Source: a virus
Taxonomy: Duplodnaviria > Heunggongvirae > Uroviricota > Caudoviricetes
Strand: one strand, 5' to 3'
Length of the DNA stretch: 64,000 bases
Virus record (IMG/VR): IMGVR_UViG_3300037424_000495
Span: 64,001-128,000 of that record
Positions 1 through 9,508 of the stretch are shown in pieces; position 1 is the first letter of the stretch; each line of letters starts with the position of its first letter. A program made the translations under genes and the position numbers. The notes under the pieces were generated by a model, which saw only the letters and a program-made list of their open reading frames with translations, did no database searches and was not told where the DNA came from.

Positions 1-1
1 T

Positions 2-1294
2 TTCGCCTTAGCTCTTCTCGCCAGCCGTGGTGACGACATTTGCCGTTGCCGGGCGCTCGCAGCCCTGTCCAAAGTCTGTCGCATTCCTACCCATCTGTTT
101 CAATTCATCTCTTTCTGCAAGGAAATGCGTGGCTGGGGCCGTGGTTTACGAACCGCCGTAGCAGCCTGGTACAATGAAAAACCAGTCGATAAACTGGCTT
201 ACCAGGTCACAAAATATCGGAATCGAGCCGGCTACACACATCGCGACGCACTACGCCTGTCCCACCCAAAAACGGATAATCCAGCCCGCAATGTACTGTA
301 TCGCTACACCACGAAGGGTGTTGTACCCGACGTATCTATCACCGATCCGCTTGCTATCGTTACCGGTTTCGAGGCTATTAGCGCCCTCACCACCGGCAAT
401 GAAAAAGCTGCAGTGCGTCTAATCCGCGATTACCAATTGTCGTGGGAGCACATCCCGACACCGTTGCTAAACAGCCCTGAAATATGGGACACCTTATTGC
501 CGCACATGCCATTAACCGCTCTCATACGGAACCTCGGCAAAATGACCAACCTCGGCTTACTCAAGCCACTGTCCGCAGCTACAAAACTCGTATGTGAAAA
601 ATTGAGTAATGTTTCGGAGTTAAAAGCTGCTCGCGTGCATCCGTTAGCCGTACTTTTAGCACAAACAACCTACAAGCAAGGCCACGGCGTGAAAGGCAGT
701 TTAGCATGGTCGCCGGTCTCACAAATTACTGCTGCATTGGAAAACGCATTTTACGCCGCTTTCGACGCCGTTGAGCGAACAGGCAAACGTCATCTATTAG
801 CACTTGATGTATCCGGTTCAATGGGCTGGGAACTCCTCGCTAATACGTCGTTGGACGCCCGCACAGCTTCCGCTTGCATGGCTCTTATAACATTGCAGAC
901 TGAGCCAGAAACCCACACAGTGGCATTTACGCATAAGTTAGTTCCATTGAATTTTAACGGCAACACACGACTGGATTCAGCCATCGATACGATCTCGCGA
1001 CTTCCCTTCGGAGCAACAGACTGTGCGGCTCCGATGGCATACGCTGCGGCACACCAACTCGAAGTGGATGTGTTCGTGGTCTATACCGACTGTGAAACCA
1101 ACTATGGCGGCATCCATCCAAGTCAAGCTTTACTGCAATATCGCAAAGCAACAGGTATCAATGCCAAGTTGATTGTTGTTGGTATGACGGCGACTAACTT
1201 CACCATCGCTGATCCGTCGGACCCTAACTCATTAGATATTGTAGGTTTCGACGCCTCGTGTCCAGCAGTCATGGCCGATTTTATTCGTCAATAG
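2..1294 (+). CDS. rsr: Ro60/TROVE-domain RNA-binding protein (5'-truncated by window edge)
   Basis: Frame open from base 2 (FALAL...VCRIPTHLF); RGWGRGLR, KYRNRAGYTHRDALRLSHP, MPLTALIRNLGKMT, vWA motif LALDVSGSM, GATDCAAPM, VYTDCET. Confidence 0.93.
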   Translation, partial: FALALLASRGDDICRCRALAALSKVCRIPTHLFQFISFCKEMRGWGRGLRTAVAAWYNEKPVDKLAYQVTKYRNRAGYTHRDALRLSHPKTDNPARNVLYRYTTKGVVPDVSITDPLAIVTGFEAISALTTGNEKAAVRLIRDYQLSWEHIPTPLLNSPEIWDTLLPHMPLTALIRNLGKMTNLGLLKPLSAATKLVCEKLSNVSELKAARVHPLAVLLAQTTYKQGHGVKGSLAWSPVSQITAALENAFYAAFDAVERTGKRHLLALDVSGSMGWELLANTSLDARTASACMALITLQTEPETHTVAFTHKLVPLNFNGNTRLDSAIDTISRLPFGATDCAAPMAYAAAHQLEVDVFVVYTDCETNYGGIHPSQALLQYRKATGINAKLIVVGMTATNFTIADPSDPNSLDIVGFDASCPAVMADFIRQ

Positions 1295-1308
1295 CTTTAG
1301 GAGAGACT

Positions 1309-1575
1309 ATGTTTCGCATTGAAATTGAAGCCCTTGTACTTTTAGTTGTCTTAGCTGTGGCCTTTTTACTATATCGTTTCCTGATCCGCAGTAAATGGTT
1401 CAGTCACTTAGTCCGCAGTACAAAACCGCTACCAGAATCCAGCGACGACATCATTAGCCGGCTGGACGATGCAGAATGTGCCGCTGTTGAATGTGCCAAA
1501 CAAGCTGTTGACAAAGCACATAAAAACTGTGCAACCGCACGCACGATTCAACGACGCATTAGCCGTAAACCCTGA
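1309..1575 (+). CDS. Small membrane-anchored hypothetical protein
   Basis: AGGAG RBS before ATG 1309; N-terminal hydrophobic helix. Confidence 0.7.
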   Translation: MFRIEIEALVLLVVLAVAFLLYRFLIRSKWFSHLVRSTKPLPESSDDIISRLDDAECAAVECAKQAVDKAHKNCATARTIQRRISRKP

Positions 1576-1579
1576 TCTG

Positions 1580-1630
1580 ATCCTTAACCTGTATCCTTAA
1601 CCTGTATCCTTAACCTGATTCCTGAACCCT
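1580..1630 (+). repeat. 13-bp tandem repeat ATCCTTAACCTGT, about 4 copies
   Basis: Units at 1580, 1593, 1606 and a degenerate one at 1619. Confidence 0.85.
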
Positions 1631-1644
1631 GGAGAAACGAATCC

Positions 1645-2988
1645 GTGAGTATTGCAACAAAGATTAAATTGACCGCCGCCGGAATTGTAACTGTCCTTGC
1701 ACTTATTACTATTGGCATCTTGTGGGGTGGTCTAGTCGGCTACAACAACACCCATGAATATCAAGTGTATCAAAGCGTCACCGGCTCTGTTAGCATCATC
1801 GATGCACCCGGTTACTATTACAAAGGCTTCGCCACTGTCTGGACCTATCCCCGGTCGATGCAATGTTACTATAGTACCAGTCAAAAAGAAGGTGGCCCGC
1901 AAGATGACAGCATCCGTGTGACATTCAACGATGGCGGCACGGCCCATATCAGCAGTTTCGTAAAGATTCAGTTGCCAACGGACCCTGAACATCGGCTTCT
2001 CGTACATCAAGACTTCAGTGCTAATCCGGCAAATATCACGGACGCTGTAAGGAGCCATTTAACAAATTGCATCAAATCCACCGGCCCAATGATGTCCGCT
2101 AGTGAGAATCAAGCCTCACGTAAGTCGGAATTCAATCAAACTGTTGAAGAACAACTTATCAAGGGCCTCTTCGAGATGCGCCGCACGGAAGTCGAATTAA
2201 ACGACGCTGCACAGTTAGAAGCCACCGGCAACTTTGACGCTAACGGCAAACCGATTATGCGTGAGAAAAAAGCCAAGGTCGCTGCGACTGAAATTGTCTG
2301 CGAAAATGGCAAGCCGATCATCATACAGAAGTCCCCATTGGACAGGTATAAAATCGACGTAATTCAATTCTCCGTCACCGAGACTCAATACGATGAGCAA
2401 ACCTTGCAGCAATTCGCCACAAAGAAGCAATCATACTTGGCGGCTGAACAGGCAAAGGCCCAGCGCCAAGAAGAGCAACAACAACGCCTGATGATTGTTG
2501 AAAAGGGTCTGCGTCAGGTGGCTGAAATTGAAGCCCAGCAGAACCAGGAAAAGAAGAAAGCAACCATCGCTGCGGATCAAAAGAAGGAAGTAGCCGCCAT
2601 TCAAAAGGATCAAGCGGTCATTGAGGCCGGTATGAAAGTCGCCGTGGCTGAGCAAGCACGACAAGAGGCCGAAACCTTGAAGAAGATTGCCCACCTCAAA
2701 GCTGAAACTGCGGAAATCGATAAGAAAGCCACAATCAGTGCAGCAGAAGCCAAGCAAAAAGAAATTGAGCTTGGCGGTGGCCTCTCAGAAAAAGAAAAGG
2801 TACTCGCCACTATCCGAGCCGACCGCGATGCAAAAGTTGCGGCAGCCCTGGCCGACATCAAAACACCAGGTATCGTCATTATCGGTGGCACGAATAAAGA
2901 CGGAAAAAGTAGCGACCTAACTACCACTCTGATGAATCTTTTATTGCTCAAAAGCACAGGTGTTCTTCCTGCACAAGAGCAACATTAA
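1645..2988 (+). CDS. SPFH/band-7 (flotillin-like) membrane protein
   Basis: N-terminal TM helix, VRVTFNDGGTA SPFH core, long A/E/K/Q-rich coiled-coil tail; GGAG RBS. Confidence 0.8.
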   Translation: MSIATKIKLTAAGIVTVLALITIGILWGGLVGYNNTHEYQVYQSVTGSVSIIDAPGYYYKGFATVWTYPRSMQCYYSTSQKEGGPQDDSIRVTFNDGGTAHISSFVKIQLPTDPEHRLLVHQDFSANPANITDAVRSHLTNCIKSTGPMMSASENQASRKSEFNQTVEEQLIKGLFEMRRTEVELNDAAQLEATGNFDANGKPIMREKKAKVAATEIVCENGKPIIIQKSPLDRYKIDVIQFSVTETQYDEQTLQQFATKKQSYLAAEQAKAQRQEEQQQRLMIVEKGLRQVAEIEAQQNQEKKKATIAADQKKEVAAIQKDQAVIEAGMKVAVAEQARQEAETLKKIAHLKAETAEIDKKATISAAEAKQKEIELGGGLSEKEKVLATIRADRDAKVAAALADIKTPGIVIIGGTNKDGKSSDLTTTLMNLLLLKSTGVLPAQEQH

Positions 2989-3033
2989 CTTTTGGTGTGG
3001 GTGCCCTAGCGATGCGAGTTTCGACTTGACATC

Positions 3034-3103
3034 GCAACCATGTAGCTCAATTGGCAGAGCGCCGGCAGGCCGGAGGTTGTGGGTTCAATTCCTACCGTGG
3101 TGC
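3034..3103 (+). ncRNA. tRNA-like RNA with intact D and T arms but no anticodon loop
   Basis: ACCATG/CGTGGT acceptor pairing, TA-GCTC-AATTGGCA-GAGC D arm, CCGGC-AG-GCCGG stem, GTGGG-TTCAATT-CCTAC T arm; no CCA. Confidence 0.75.
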
Positions 3104-3117
3104 TTTGGAGAAAAGAA

Positions 3118-3321
3118 ATGCCCAGTACAGATATCGACGGAAGCGTAATCGTTATTCTCTCCGAATTGGAAGCACGTCGAGTATACCAATACTTAGATGG
3201 TCCTTGCTTTCTCGACGAAGTGGAAGAAGTCTTAGCCCGAAAACTTGCTCGCGAGTTAAATCTGCCGCAAGTACAAACCTTAAGAATCAAAGATGCACAC
3301 TATAACCCTGAGCCGTCGTAA
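3118..3321 (+). CDS. Hypothetical protein
   Basis: GGAG RBS, ATG 3118, coupled to next ORF. Confidence 0.5.
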   Translation: MPSTDIDGSVIVILSELEARRVYQYLDGPCFLDEVEEVLARKLARELNLPQVQTLRIKDAHYNPEPS

Positions 3322-3547
3322 TCTATTGGCTATGCTCCATAAGTTGGAGATGTCAAATAGCAACCGTGGCATCATCAAGGATGTTGACGGTACATACGTG
3401 ATTATCACAGTCGCCCTGGACTCTGAAGTTTATACTGACCGCAAACCCGGTCCAATGCACCCAGAAACAGAAGCTTTCATCCAATACATGGACCACTGTT
3501 TAAACGCCTACCGCAGGCATCAAGCGATTGACAAAAGTAACACATGA
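3293..3547 (+). CDS. Hypothetical protein
   Basis: Member of a tightly overlapping + strand ORF chain. Confidence 0.55.
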   Translation: MHTITLSRRNLLAMLHKLEMSNSNRGIIKDVDGTYVIITVALDSEVYTDRKPGPMHPETEAFIQYMDHCLNAYRRHQAIDKSNT

Positions 3548-3732
3548 GCAGAACTAAAAAAGGATCAAAAGGCTCTGGTTTTGAGTTTTGGAGCCGGCGG
3601 CCGTCGAAGATCAAGTTTCCACCGCCGGGCAGAGAAACTAAAACAATTACACACCGGCTCGAACGTGCGGCTGTTAAACGTGATTTACACAAAGAAAATG
3701 AGGATTTAAACAACGAAAAAGAGAATCAATGA
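3544..3732 (+). CDS. Small basic hypothetical protein
   Basis: ATGA start/stop overlaps; K/R-rich (MSRTKKGSKGSGFEFWSRRP). Confidence 0.65.
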   Translation: MSRTKKGSKGSGFEFWSRRPSKIKFPPPGRETKTITHRLERAAVKRDLHKENEDLNNEKENQ

Positions 3733-4163
3733 GATTTCTACTTTGCACCTTGCTTCTCGCATTTACTCTCACCCCGAATCAAAAACTTATCGACACAGGG
3801 CGTGAATACCCCGTTAAAAGCATCTTAACAGGCCAACCTAATGCCATCTTGCAACGTGAAGCTGAACAACACGCTGCCTATCAAGCTCGCGTCCAAGTTC
3901 AAGGGCACCAAGGTTGGAATGCACGTTACCAGCGGCTAGCACGGCAACTTCCAGACTGTGACACTTTCAAAGAAGTAGCAAACGAAAGCTGGCCCGGGCA
4001 AAACGTCAACGATGCTGCGGCTGAAATGTACCATTCCTGGAAACAGTCACCTGGGCATTGGTCAGCCGTCAACGGTTCCTGCACCTATTACGGGTACGCA
4101 ATGGTTAGAGGAAAAAATGGCGTATGGTACGCTTGCGGCCTTTTTGCAGACAGGCGAAAGTAA
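3729..4163 (+). CDS. Secreted CAP (SCP-like) domain protein
   Basis: Signal peptide; EVANESW...WKQSPGHW...YGYAMVRG...WYACGLF. Confidence 0.75.
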   Translation: MRFLLCTLLLAFTLTPNQKLIDTGREYPVKSILTGQPNAILQREAEQHAAYQARVQVQGHQGWNARYQRLARQLPDCDTFKEVANESWPGQNVNDAAAEMYHSWKQSPGHWSAVNGSCTYYGYAMVRGKNGVWYACGLFADRRK

Positions 4164-4165
4164 TC

Positions 4166-4678
4166 ATGAATCTCTGTAAACATCCTGAACATGTCCGGTG
4201 GAACCGCCCAAACGGTGTTGTGCAATGCCATAAATGCGGACATGTTTGGACTCCACTCAACACTGACGCTGGACTGCCCTATGCAAAAGCAGTTGCGGCT
4301 GAACAACAGCGTTTAAACGGTGCTCAACTCCATCCGGCCAACTATAAAAAAGATTGTTATGACCCATTCAATGGAGACGATCCGCCTTGTCTCACTCGTG
4401 ACAAAGTGCCTTTCACCCCCGGGATGCCTCTTTTAACTGTCACTTCTGACGACTATGACTGTGTGAGGATAGACACCATTGACACTACAAATTGTGAACT
4501 ATTTATGTCGCCAGATGGTTGGCGACTTTGTCGCCCTGGCGATGAATCACTCAATGGAATGGGGCTAGTTAAAGAATACTACGCAACTCAAAACGCTGTT
4601 TGTTTAAGTGTGATCACTGCGACGTTGCGATCTCTAATTCACCAATGCCGAACCCTTTTAAAACTAGAGATAATATGA
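4166..4678 (+). CDS. Hypothetical protein with N-terminal Cys/His (Zn-ribbon-like) motif
   Basis: CKHPEH...CHKCGH; in operon chain. Confidence 0.6.
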   Translation: MNLCKHPEHVRWNRPNGVVQCHKCGHVWTPLNTDAGLPYAKAVAAEQQRLNGAQLHPANYKKDCYDPFNGDDPPCLTRDKVPFTPGMPLLTVTSDDYDCVRIDTIDTTNCELFMSPDGWRLCRPGDESLNGMGLVKEYYATQNAVCLSVITATLRSLIHQCRTLLKLEII

Positions 4679-4995
4679 AAAAGTATCTGTTCCTTATCAG
4701 TGTTGTTTTGCTCGTAATCTTACTAGGCACTTATCTTATCCCACATCCAGTAGAAAATTATGAGGTTTTAGCCGAGATCGCATACTATTCCAGAAGTGAC
4801 TACTATCCAACTGGCGACAGTTTATTTGTCGTAAAACTTGACAACGGCGAGTTAGTCCGCGTGAATGCTATCGGTGGAGTCACTGTCGTCAGCCCTGAAG
4901 TGGATTGTATCCATCAACTCACAGGCCGAGTTTTCATCCTCGGCACATTGGAAAAAGACGGGACAATAACAGCTAAATACATTCAGCAATGGTGA
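4675..4995 (+). CDS. Membrane-anchored hypothetical protein
   Basis: MKKYLFLISVVLLVILLG; overlaps previous stop. Confidence 0.6.
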   Translation: MKKYLFLISVVLLVILLGTYLIPHPVENYEVLAEIAYYSRSDYYPTGDSLFVVKLDNGELVRVNAIGGVTVVSPEVDCIHQLTGRVFILGTLEKDGTITAKYIQQW

Positions 4996-5004
4996 CAGTG
5001 TTTT

Positions 5005-5418
5005 ATGATATTTCACATGATTCAAGACATGGGAACCGGTCTCTTCTATAAACGCGGAGGCCAACATTACGGCCGCTGGGTGCCTCAAGAAGAAGCCTCT
5101 GTCTGGACAACACCCGGCGGTCCAAGAGGTTGTCTCGGTGCAATCAAACGCTATAACCGGCGTCTTGGCTTAAAAGTCCTGCGGCAACCAAACATTGTTA
5201 CAATTCAAACTGACAAGCCCCGGGTCATCCTCGTTTGCGGCGACGATTGGCAAGGACTATATATCAACGGCAAACTTGTGGAAGAAGGGCATAACATTCC
5301 ACTTGACGAGATTTTTAAATATCTAGGTATTGAAGGCCGTTCGATAACTGTCAATGACGAATGGCTTCAAGAACAAGGTCGTCTACCTGAAAATTTAGAT
5401 GAGGTTGAAAAAGGATGA
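5005..5418 (+). CDS. Hypothetical protein
   Basis: In operon chain, ATGA overlap with next ORF. Confidence 0.6.
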   Translation: MIFHMIQDMGTGLFYKRGGQHYGRWVPQEEASVWTTPGGPRGCLGAIKRYNRRLGLKVLRQPNIVTIQTDKPRVILVCGDDWQGLYINGKLVEEGHNIPLDEIFKYLGIEGRSITVNDEWLQEQGRLPENLDEVEKG

Positions 5419-6083
5419 TCGAAGCCCGCTATTGTCCACTGTTTGGCCGGCGTGCCACACTGCATTCTCAACCTGAAACAGAGCAAGATGCGTGGGTGCT
5501 CAAAACTCTAGACGGTAAAGAAAACGGTACATTCTTGGAGATTGGAGCCTTTGACGGTGTGTACCATTCCAATACACTGTGTCTTGAACGTGACTTCGGT
5601 TGGACCGGCTGGTTGGTTGAAAGTGATCCAGCCCATGCGGCGGCTGCGGCTAGAGTACGGCGGGCAAAGGTGCTTAACTACACGATCAGCCCTGCCTCAC
5701 AACGTGAACAATTCTTTGTCGCCCGTCAATGGGGCGGCTTAGTCAATTACACGCGGAGCAATTTACTCACAAACCATATTATACATAATAGCCCCATTAT
5801 TACGCGCCCAACCATTGATTTATTCAACGTCTTACGATCAGAAGCGTTGCCGCCAGTAATTGACTACCTTTCAATCGATGTTGAAGGCGCTGAATACCCA
5901 ATCTTAAAAAGCTATTTTGCCCACAAACCACCTATTCAATTTCGTTGCATGACGATTGAAGTCGGAATCTATGCGGACGACGTTCCTAAACTCTGTGAAT
6001 TATTAGACCCCCTCGGCTACCGTCTGGAAAATGTGCGAGCATGGGATGCCTACTTTATCCACCGGGAGTTATGCAGTGCCTAA
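5415..6083 (+). CDS. FkbM-family SAM-dependent methyltransferase
   Basis: GTFLEIGAFDG..SNTL.LE..FGWTGWLVE; IDYLSIDVEGAEY. Confidence 0.85.
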   Translation: MIEARYCPLFGRRATLHSQPETEQDAWVLKTLDGKENGTFLEIGAFDGVYHSNTLCLERDFGWTGWLVESDPAHAAAAARVRRAKVLNYTISPASQREQFFVARQWGGLVNYTRSNLLTNHIIHNSPIITRPTIDLFNVLRSEALPPVIDYLSIDVEGAEYPILKSYFAHKPPIQFRCMTIEVGIYADDVPKLCELLDPLGYRLENVRAWDAYFIHRELCSA

Positions 6084-6303
6084 CACCGAACTATGTGAAC
6101 GGTGCCAAGGTATGCAACTACATCAAGTTGCAGAGGTTCATGTTACGTATGGTCTATATTCAAAGCATCAAGAAGGTCGTCGTCATCACAGTGTTCTTTT
6201 ATGCCGAAGATGTGCTAAAGATTTATACGACGGTGACGGCTGCGTACCGTTAAAGAACCTCGTTACCGCCGGCCTCTGCCACTATTCATTGGAGCCAATT
6301 TAA
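6031..6303 (+). CDS. Small Cys-rich hypothetical protein
   Basis: CERC...CRRC; true start may be GTG near 6077. Confidence 0.5.
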   Translation: MCEHGMPTLSTGSYAVPNTELCERCQGMQLHQVAEVHVTYGLYSKHQEGRRHHSVLLCRRCAKDLYDGDGCVPLKNLVTAGLCHYSLEPI

Positions 6304-6305
6304 CT

Positions 6306-6599
6306 ATGTCAACTATCTTTTACGGCATATTAGTGCAAATCAATGGTACTTGGGTAAAGCGGCTGGTTGTCGGCGTCCCCGTGGAAGAACAACACGACGG
6401 GTTGAAAAGACTCTTGAAAGCTCTACATCGCCTTCAAGAATATGCAAACTGTCCGTGGAAAGAAGCCCGTATTGTTCGCATTGAGCCGAAAAATGAATCT
6501 AACTTACAAGAATGGCGTGAAACTGTTCGCGGTCGCTTCATGGTGATTGATTTAACGAGTTTTGAAGCAGCCATTCATGTTCTGTTCGGTCTAGCCTAA
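6306..6599 (+). CDS. Hypothetical protein
   Basis: In operon chain. Confidence 0.55.
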   Translation: MSTIFYGILVQINGTWVKRLVVGVPVEEQHDGLKRLLKALHRLQEYANCPWKEARIVRIEPKNESNLQEWRETVRGRFMVIDLTSFEAAIHVLFGLA

Positions 6600-6608
6600 A
6601 TAAAACCT

Positions 6609-7178
6609 ATGCGTTGTTATCTTCAATTCCTTAAATCAATGCTTCGACATAAATGGTACGTACTCATTGCTGGCTGGCGCTTGCAAGTACCATTCTGGCG
6701 GCTATTAGTCCACGATTTAAGCAAACTCACGCCTGCCGAATTCGGTCCCTACGCACGACACTTTTACGGCAAGGAAAATGATCCATGCTATTTTACAGTC
6801 GCGTGGCATTTCCATAAGCTACGCAACGATCACCACTGGGAATACTGGGTGAGCGTAGAAGGCAACATCCACGTGCGAGTCGAACGCCACAGAGTAGGGA
6901 TGCTTCTGTTGTTGCCTTACAAACGACGCTCACCTGCTGACGACGCCATAAACCCTCCGCTAACAATCCCAAGCGTCACAGTATTACCGATGCCACTTGT
7001 CTGTGTCCGCGAAATGATCGCCGATTGGTTCGCAGCCGGGCGTGCGTACAACGGAGCATGGCCCGATCCAAACAACTATAAATGGTATAAAACCAATCGA
7101 CCAAAGATGCACTTGCATCCTACCACCGAAGCACACATCGATTTGGTATTAACGGAAGCAAAGAAATGGGAGTGGTAA
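6609..7178 (+). CDS. HD-superfamily protein (DUF5662-like)
   Basis: RHKWYV...VHDLSK...H..RNDHHWEYW...EMIADW. Confidence 0.7.
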   Translation: MRCYLQFLKSMLRHKWYVLIAGWRLQVPFWRLLVHDLSKLTPAEFGPYARHFYGKENDPCYFTVAWHFHKLRNDHHWEYWVSVEGNIHVRVERHRVGMLLLLPYKRRSPADDAINPPLTIPSVTVLPMPLVCVREMIADWFAAGRAYNGAWPDPNNYKWYKTNRPKMHLHPTTEAHIDLVLTEAKKWEW

Positions 7179-7363
7179 TGCAACTAACCATTGAACAACA
7201 GCCGAATAAGAAATTCATGGTAAAGCGTGAGTCACACATTCTTGCCGTCGATGAAAATAATTGTGCGCGATGGGAGCGAGAATGCCAGACGAAAGAGTCA
7301 GATCATATTTGTTGGACGCTGCCTGAAATTGTTAAGATTCTCACAGACTGGAAAGCAATATGA
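7166..7363 (+). CDS. Hypothetical protein
   Basis: In operon chain. Confidence 0.5.
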   Translation: MGVVMQLTIEQQPNKKFMVKRESHILAVDENNCARWERECQTKESDHICWTLPEIVKILTDWKAI

Positions 7364-8028
7364 ACGACAATAATTGTTTAGACGGCACACCACTTGAATC
7401 CGCAGACTACCGACGTGGGTGTGATGACACGTTTAAATTCATGTGTTATCACATAGATAATATCTTAGACGGTAAAGACGACGGTCGTGGTCAAGCGAAT
7501 GAACCGTGGGAATCACTTCGACGAAGGCTGATGAATAAACATTCACTACCCCAGCCATTTAAGACACACTATTATCTTTCCATTATGGATGAAACCATTA
7601 CCGGACTCTCTGAGTGTCGGGCTGACAATCAACCCGCGAATTATTTCGATCTGACCGGTAAGCGACTGGTTGGTGGAACGTGGCCTTCGTGGTTCAAGGA
7701 TAACCACCTAGTCCGTGAAATCTCGAAGCAAGATGCTGCACGTATGATTCTTGACGCTCGAAAGAGAAAATTCTATCCGCAGCATACTGGAACGTATTTT
7801 GGCAAAGTTGTCAAGATAACCATGCAACACGTTGTTATGGCCTTTGATATTGCTGGTGACGTTGTAGAGTATGTCTTTCCCAACTACATTTTCAAGCCCG
7901 CTCCAATAAAAGGCAGTATCTATTTTGTTAACATCCGCATGCAACCTATGCCAGCCGGTGTCCATTTTGAAGGCCAGCATCCAATACACAAACGTAAAAA
8001 TGTAGTCCCGTTGCCACGAGTATTTTAA
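7360..8028 (+). CDS. Hypothetical protein
   Basis: 222-aa ORF, ATGA overlap. Confidence 0.6.
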   Translation: MNDNNCLDGTPLESADYRRGCDDTFKFMCYHIDNILDGKDDGRGQANEPWESLRRRLMNKHSLPQPFKTHYYLSIMDETITGLSECRADNQPANYFDLTGKRLVGGTWPSWFKDNHLVREISKQDAARMILDARKRKFYPQHTGTYFGKVVKITMQHVVMAFDIAGDVVEYVFPNYIFKPAPIKGSIYFVNIRMQPMPAGVHFEGQHPIHKRKNVVPLPRVF

Positions 8029-8055
8029 TACACAACAGAAAGTGAATAATAAACT

Positions 8056-8610
8056 ATGTCGTCTATCAAATCCGTACTAGAAGCACTCCGCACTGAACGT
8101 GAATACCGACGACGCCGATGGGGACACCGGCAGCCAGATGGTTCGATGATTGAAACTCCACATTCAATTGCGGATTTCATACTTTATATGCAAGACTACT
8201 ATCATGAAGCACGCCACCAATTGGTACGCGAACCTGGAATCACTAACACACTTAATACGTTACGTAAACTTATTGCACTCGGCTTTGCTTGTCTCGAACA
8301 ACATTACGGTTGTGGTCCCGTTGGTCATAAAAGACATGGTTATCCAATGTCTTTTGATGAATTGTATGCGGCATTCTTAACAGAAACAATAATCGAGCAT
8401 CCTAACACTGATTTCAGCACATTCATGTTTAAAATTAACCTTAGAATCGAAAACGCAGCCTTTAAAGCCGTTCGCATGGATTCAATAGATGCACTTCACA
8501 ATATCTACGCCGCTGTCCTACTAGGTATTGAATGTTTCAATAAATTTGGCATTGAATCCCGCGATCTAACACAACCCATCATCAATGCCCGCGATGGATT
8601 ACCTGCTTAG
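8056..8610 (+). CDS. Hypothetical helical protein (possibly MazG/dUTPase-like fold)
   Basis: EREYRRRRWG...LRKLIALGFACLEQH; fold call tentative. Confidence 0.5.
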   Translation: MSSIKSVLEALRTEREYRRRRWGHRQPDGSMIETPHSIADFILYMQDYYHEARHQLVREPGITNTLNTLRKLIALGFACLEQHYGCGPVGHKRHGYPMSFDELYAAFLTETIIEHPNTDFSTFMFKINLRIENAAFKAVRMDSIDALHNIYAAVLLGIECFNKFGIESRDLTQPIINARDGLPA

Positions 8611-8615
8611 ACTCT

Positions 8616-8975
8616 ATGAAGATTTGCATCATATATTCTAAACGAGTTCCCAAATGGTCCGTTAAGCTTGCTGAGTGTTTCCTTTCTTGGCTCGCACAAA
8701 ATCAAACGCTTAACCACAGTCTGCAAGTTTATCTACTCTCAACTAACCATATTAAAACATGCAAGGGACCGGCATGGGGCTTCTTTTCTCCCGGATGTCG
8801 GCCAACCATTGCCATCGCTTGCAAGAGGCCAGGGCTATTTAGTCTGCTTGACACGCTGGCTCACGAGTGGTGTGAATATGAAAAGTGGCGAGATGGTAAA
8901 GTCCGCAATCACCGTGGGTTGCAAAATCGCGTAGACGCACTGATTCAGCGCTTTCACTTGGAGATTGAGAAATGA
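8616..8975 (+). CDS. Hypothetical protein, possible zincin-like
   Basis: LDTLAHEWCEY is only a partial HExxH match. Confidence 0.45.
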   Translation: MKICIIYSKRVPKWSVKLAECFLSWLAQNQTLNHSLQVYLLSTNHIKTCKGPAWGFFSPGCRPTIAIACKRPGLFSLLDTLAHEWCEYEKWRDGKVRNHRGLQNRVDALIQRFHLEIEK

Positions 8976-9475
8976 CAAATACTGCACTCGTGGAACGTCT
9001 CTACGAACTGGCAACAAAACTCTGGTTTCGCTTTGTCAATGCACCCGGTGGCCACCCTGGTATTCCGGGGCCGGCAGGTGGTAATGAACCGTGGGATGCG
9101 ACTACAAGCACCCTCGAAGGTGCTGTCAGGACATTGGAAGAAGTTTTAGCTCAACCTGAACAATCAGCTTTAAATATACTTCGTCGCCTTGACGATGCTG
9201 ATGCTTTCCAAGTTGACACGGATTTGCTAAATGTTCAAGAGCATGACAAATTGAAAAAGATTCAAGGCGACGCCGAAAAATTACTAGAAAACACCAAGAA
9301 CATACCAGACCCGATCCAGACCCTCCGCGACCTATTTGACGCCGGCGGCCTGGACGATCACTTTTACCGTATCCGCGACAGCGAAGGTCAGGGGTGGGAA
9401 GGTCCGCGCATGTTAAAATGGGGCAAAGCTTGTGAAAATGCGCATAAATTGATGGACAACTCCAATAATTCGTAG
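8972..9475 (+). CDS. Hypothetical protein
   Basis: ATGA overlap, in operon chain. Confidence 0.6.
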   Translation: MTNTALVERLYELATKLWFRFVNAPGGHPGIPGPAGGNEPWDATTSTLEGAVRTLEEVLAQPEQSALNILRRLDDADAFQVDTDLLNVQEHDKLKKIQGDAEKLLENTKNIPDPIQTLRDLFDAGGLDDHFYRIRDSEGQGWEGPRMLKWGKACENAHKLMDNSNNS

Positions 9476-9508
9476 CCACATTGATTCAACTGTAGAGGAG
9501 AACTACCC

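Noticed and set aside
3009-3103. Calling this a functional tRNA or a canonical YrlA
   Set aside because: It has no anticodon loop, and I could not build the permuted YrlA topology or a 5'/3' Ro-binding stem by eye.
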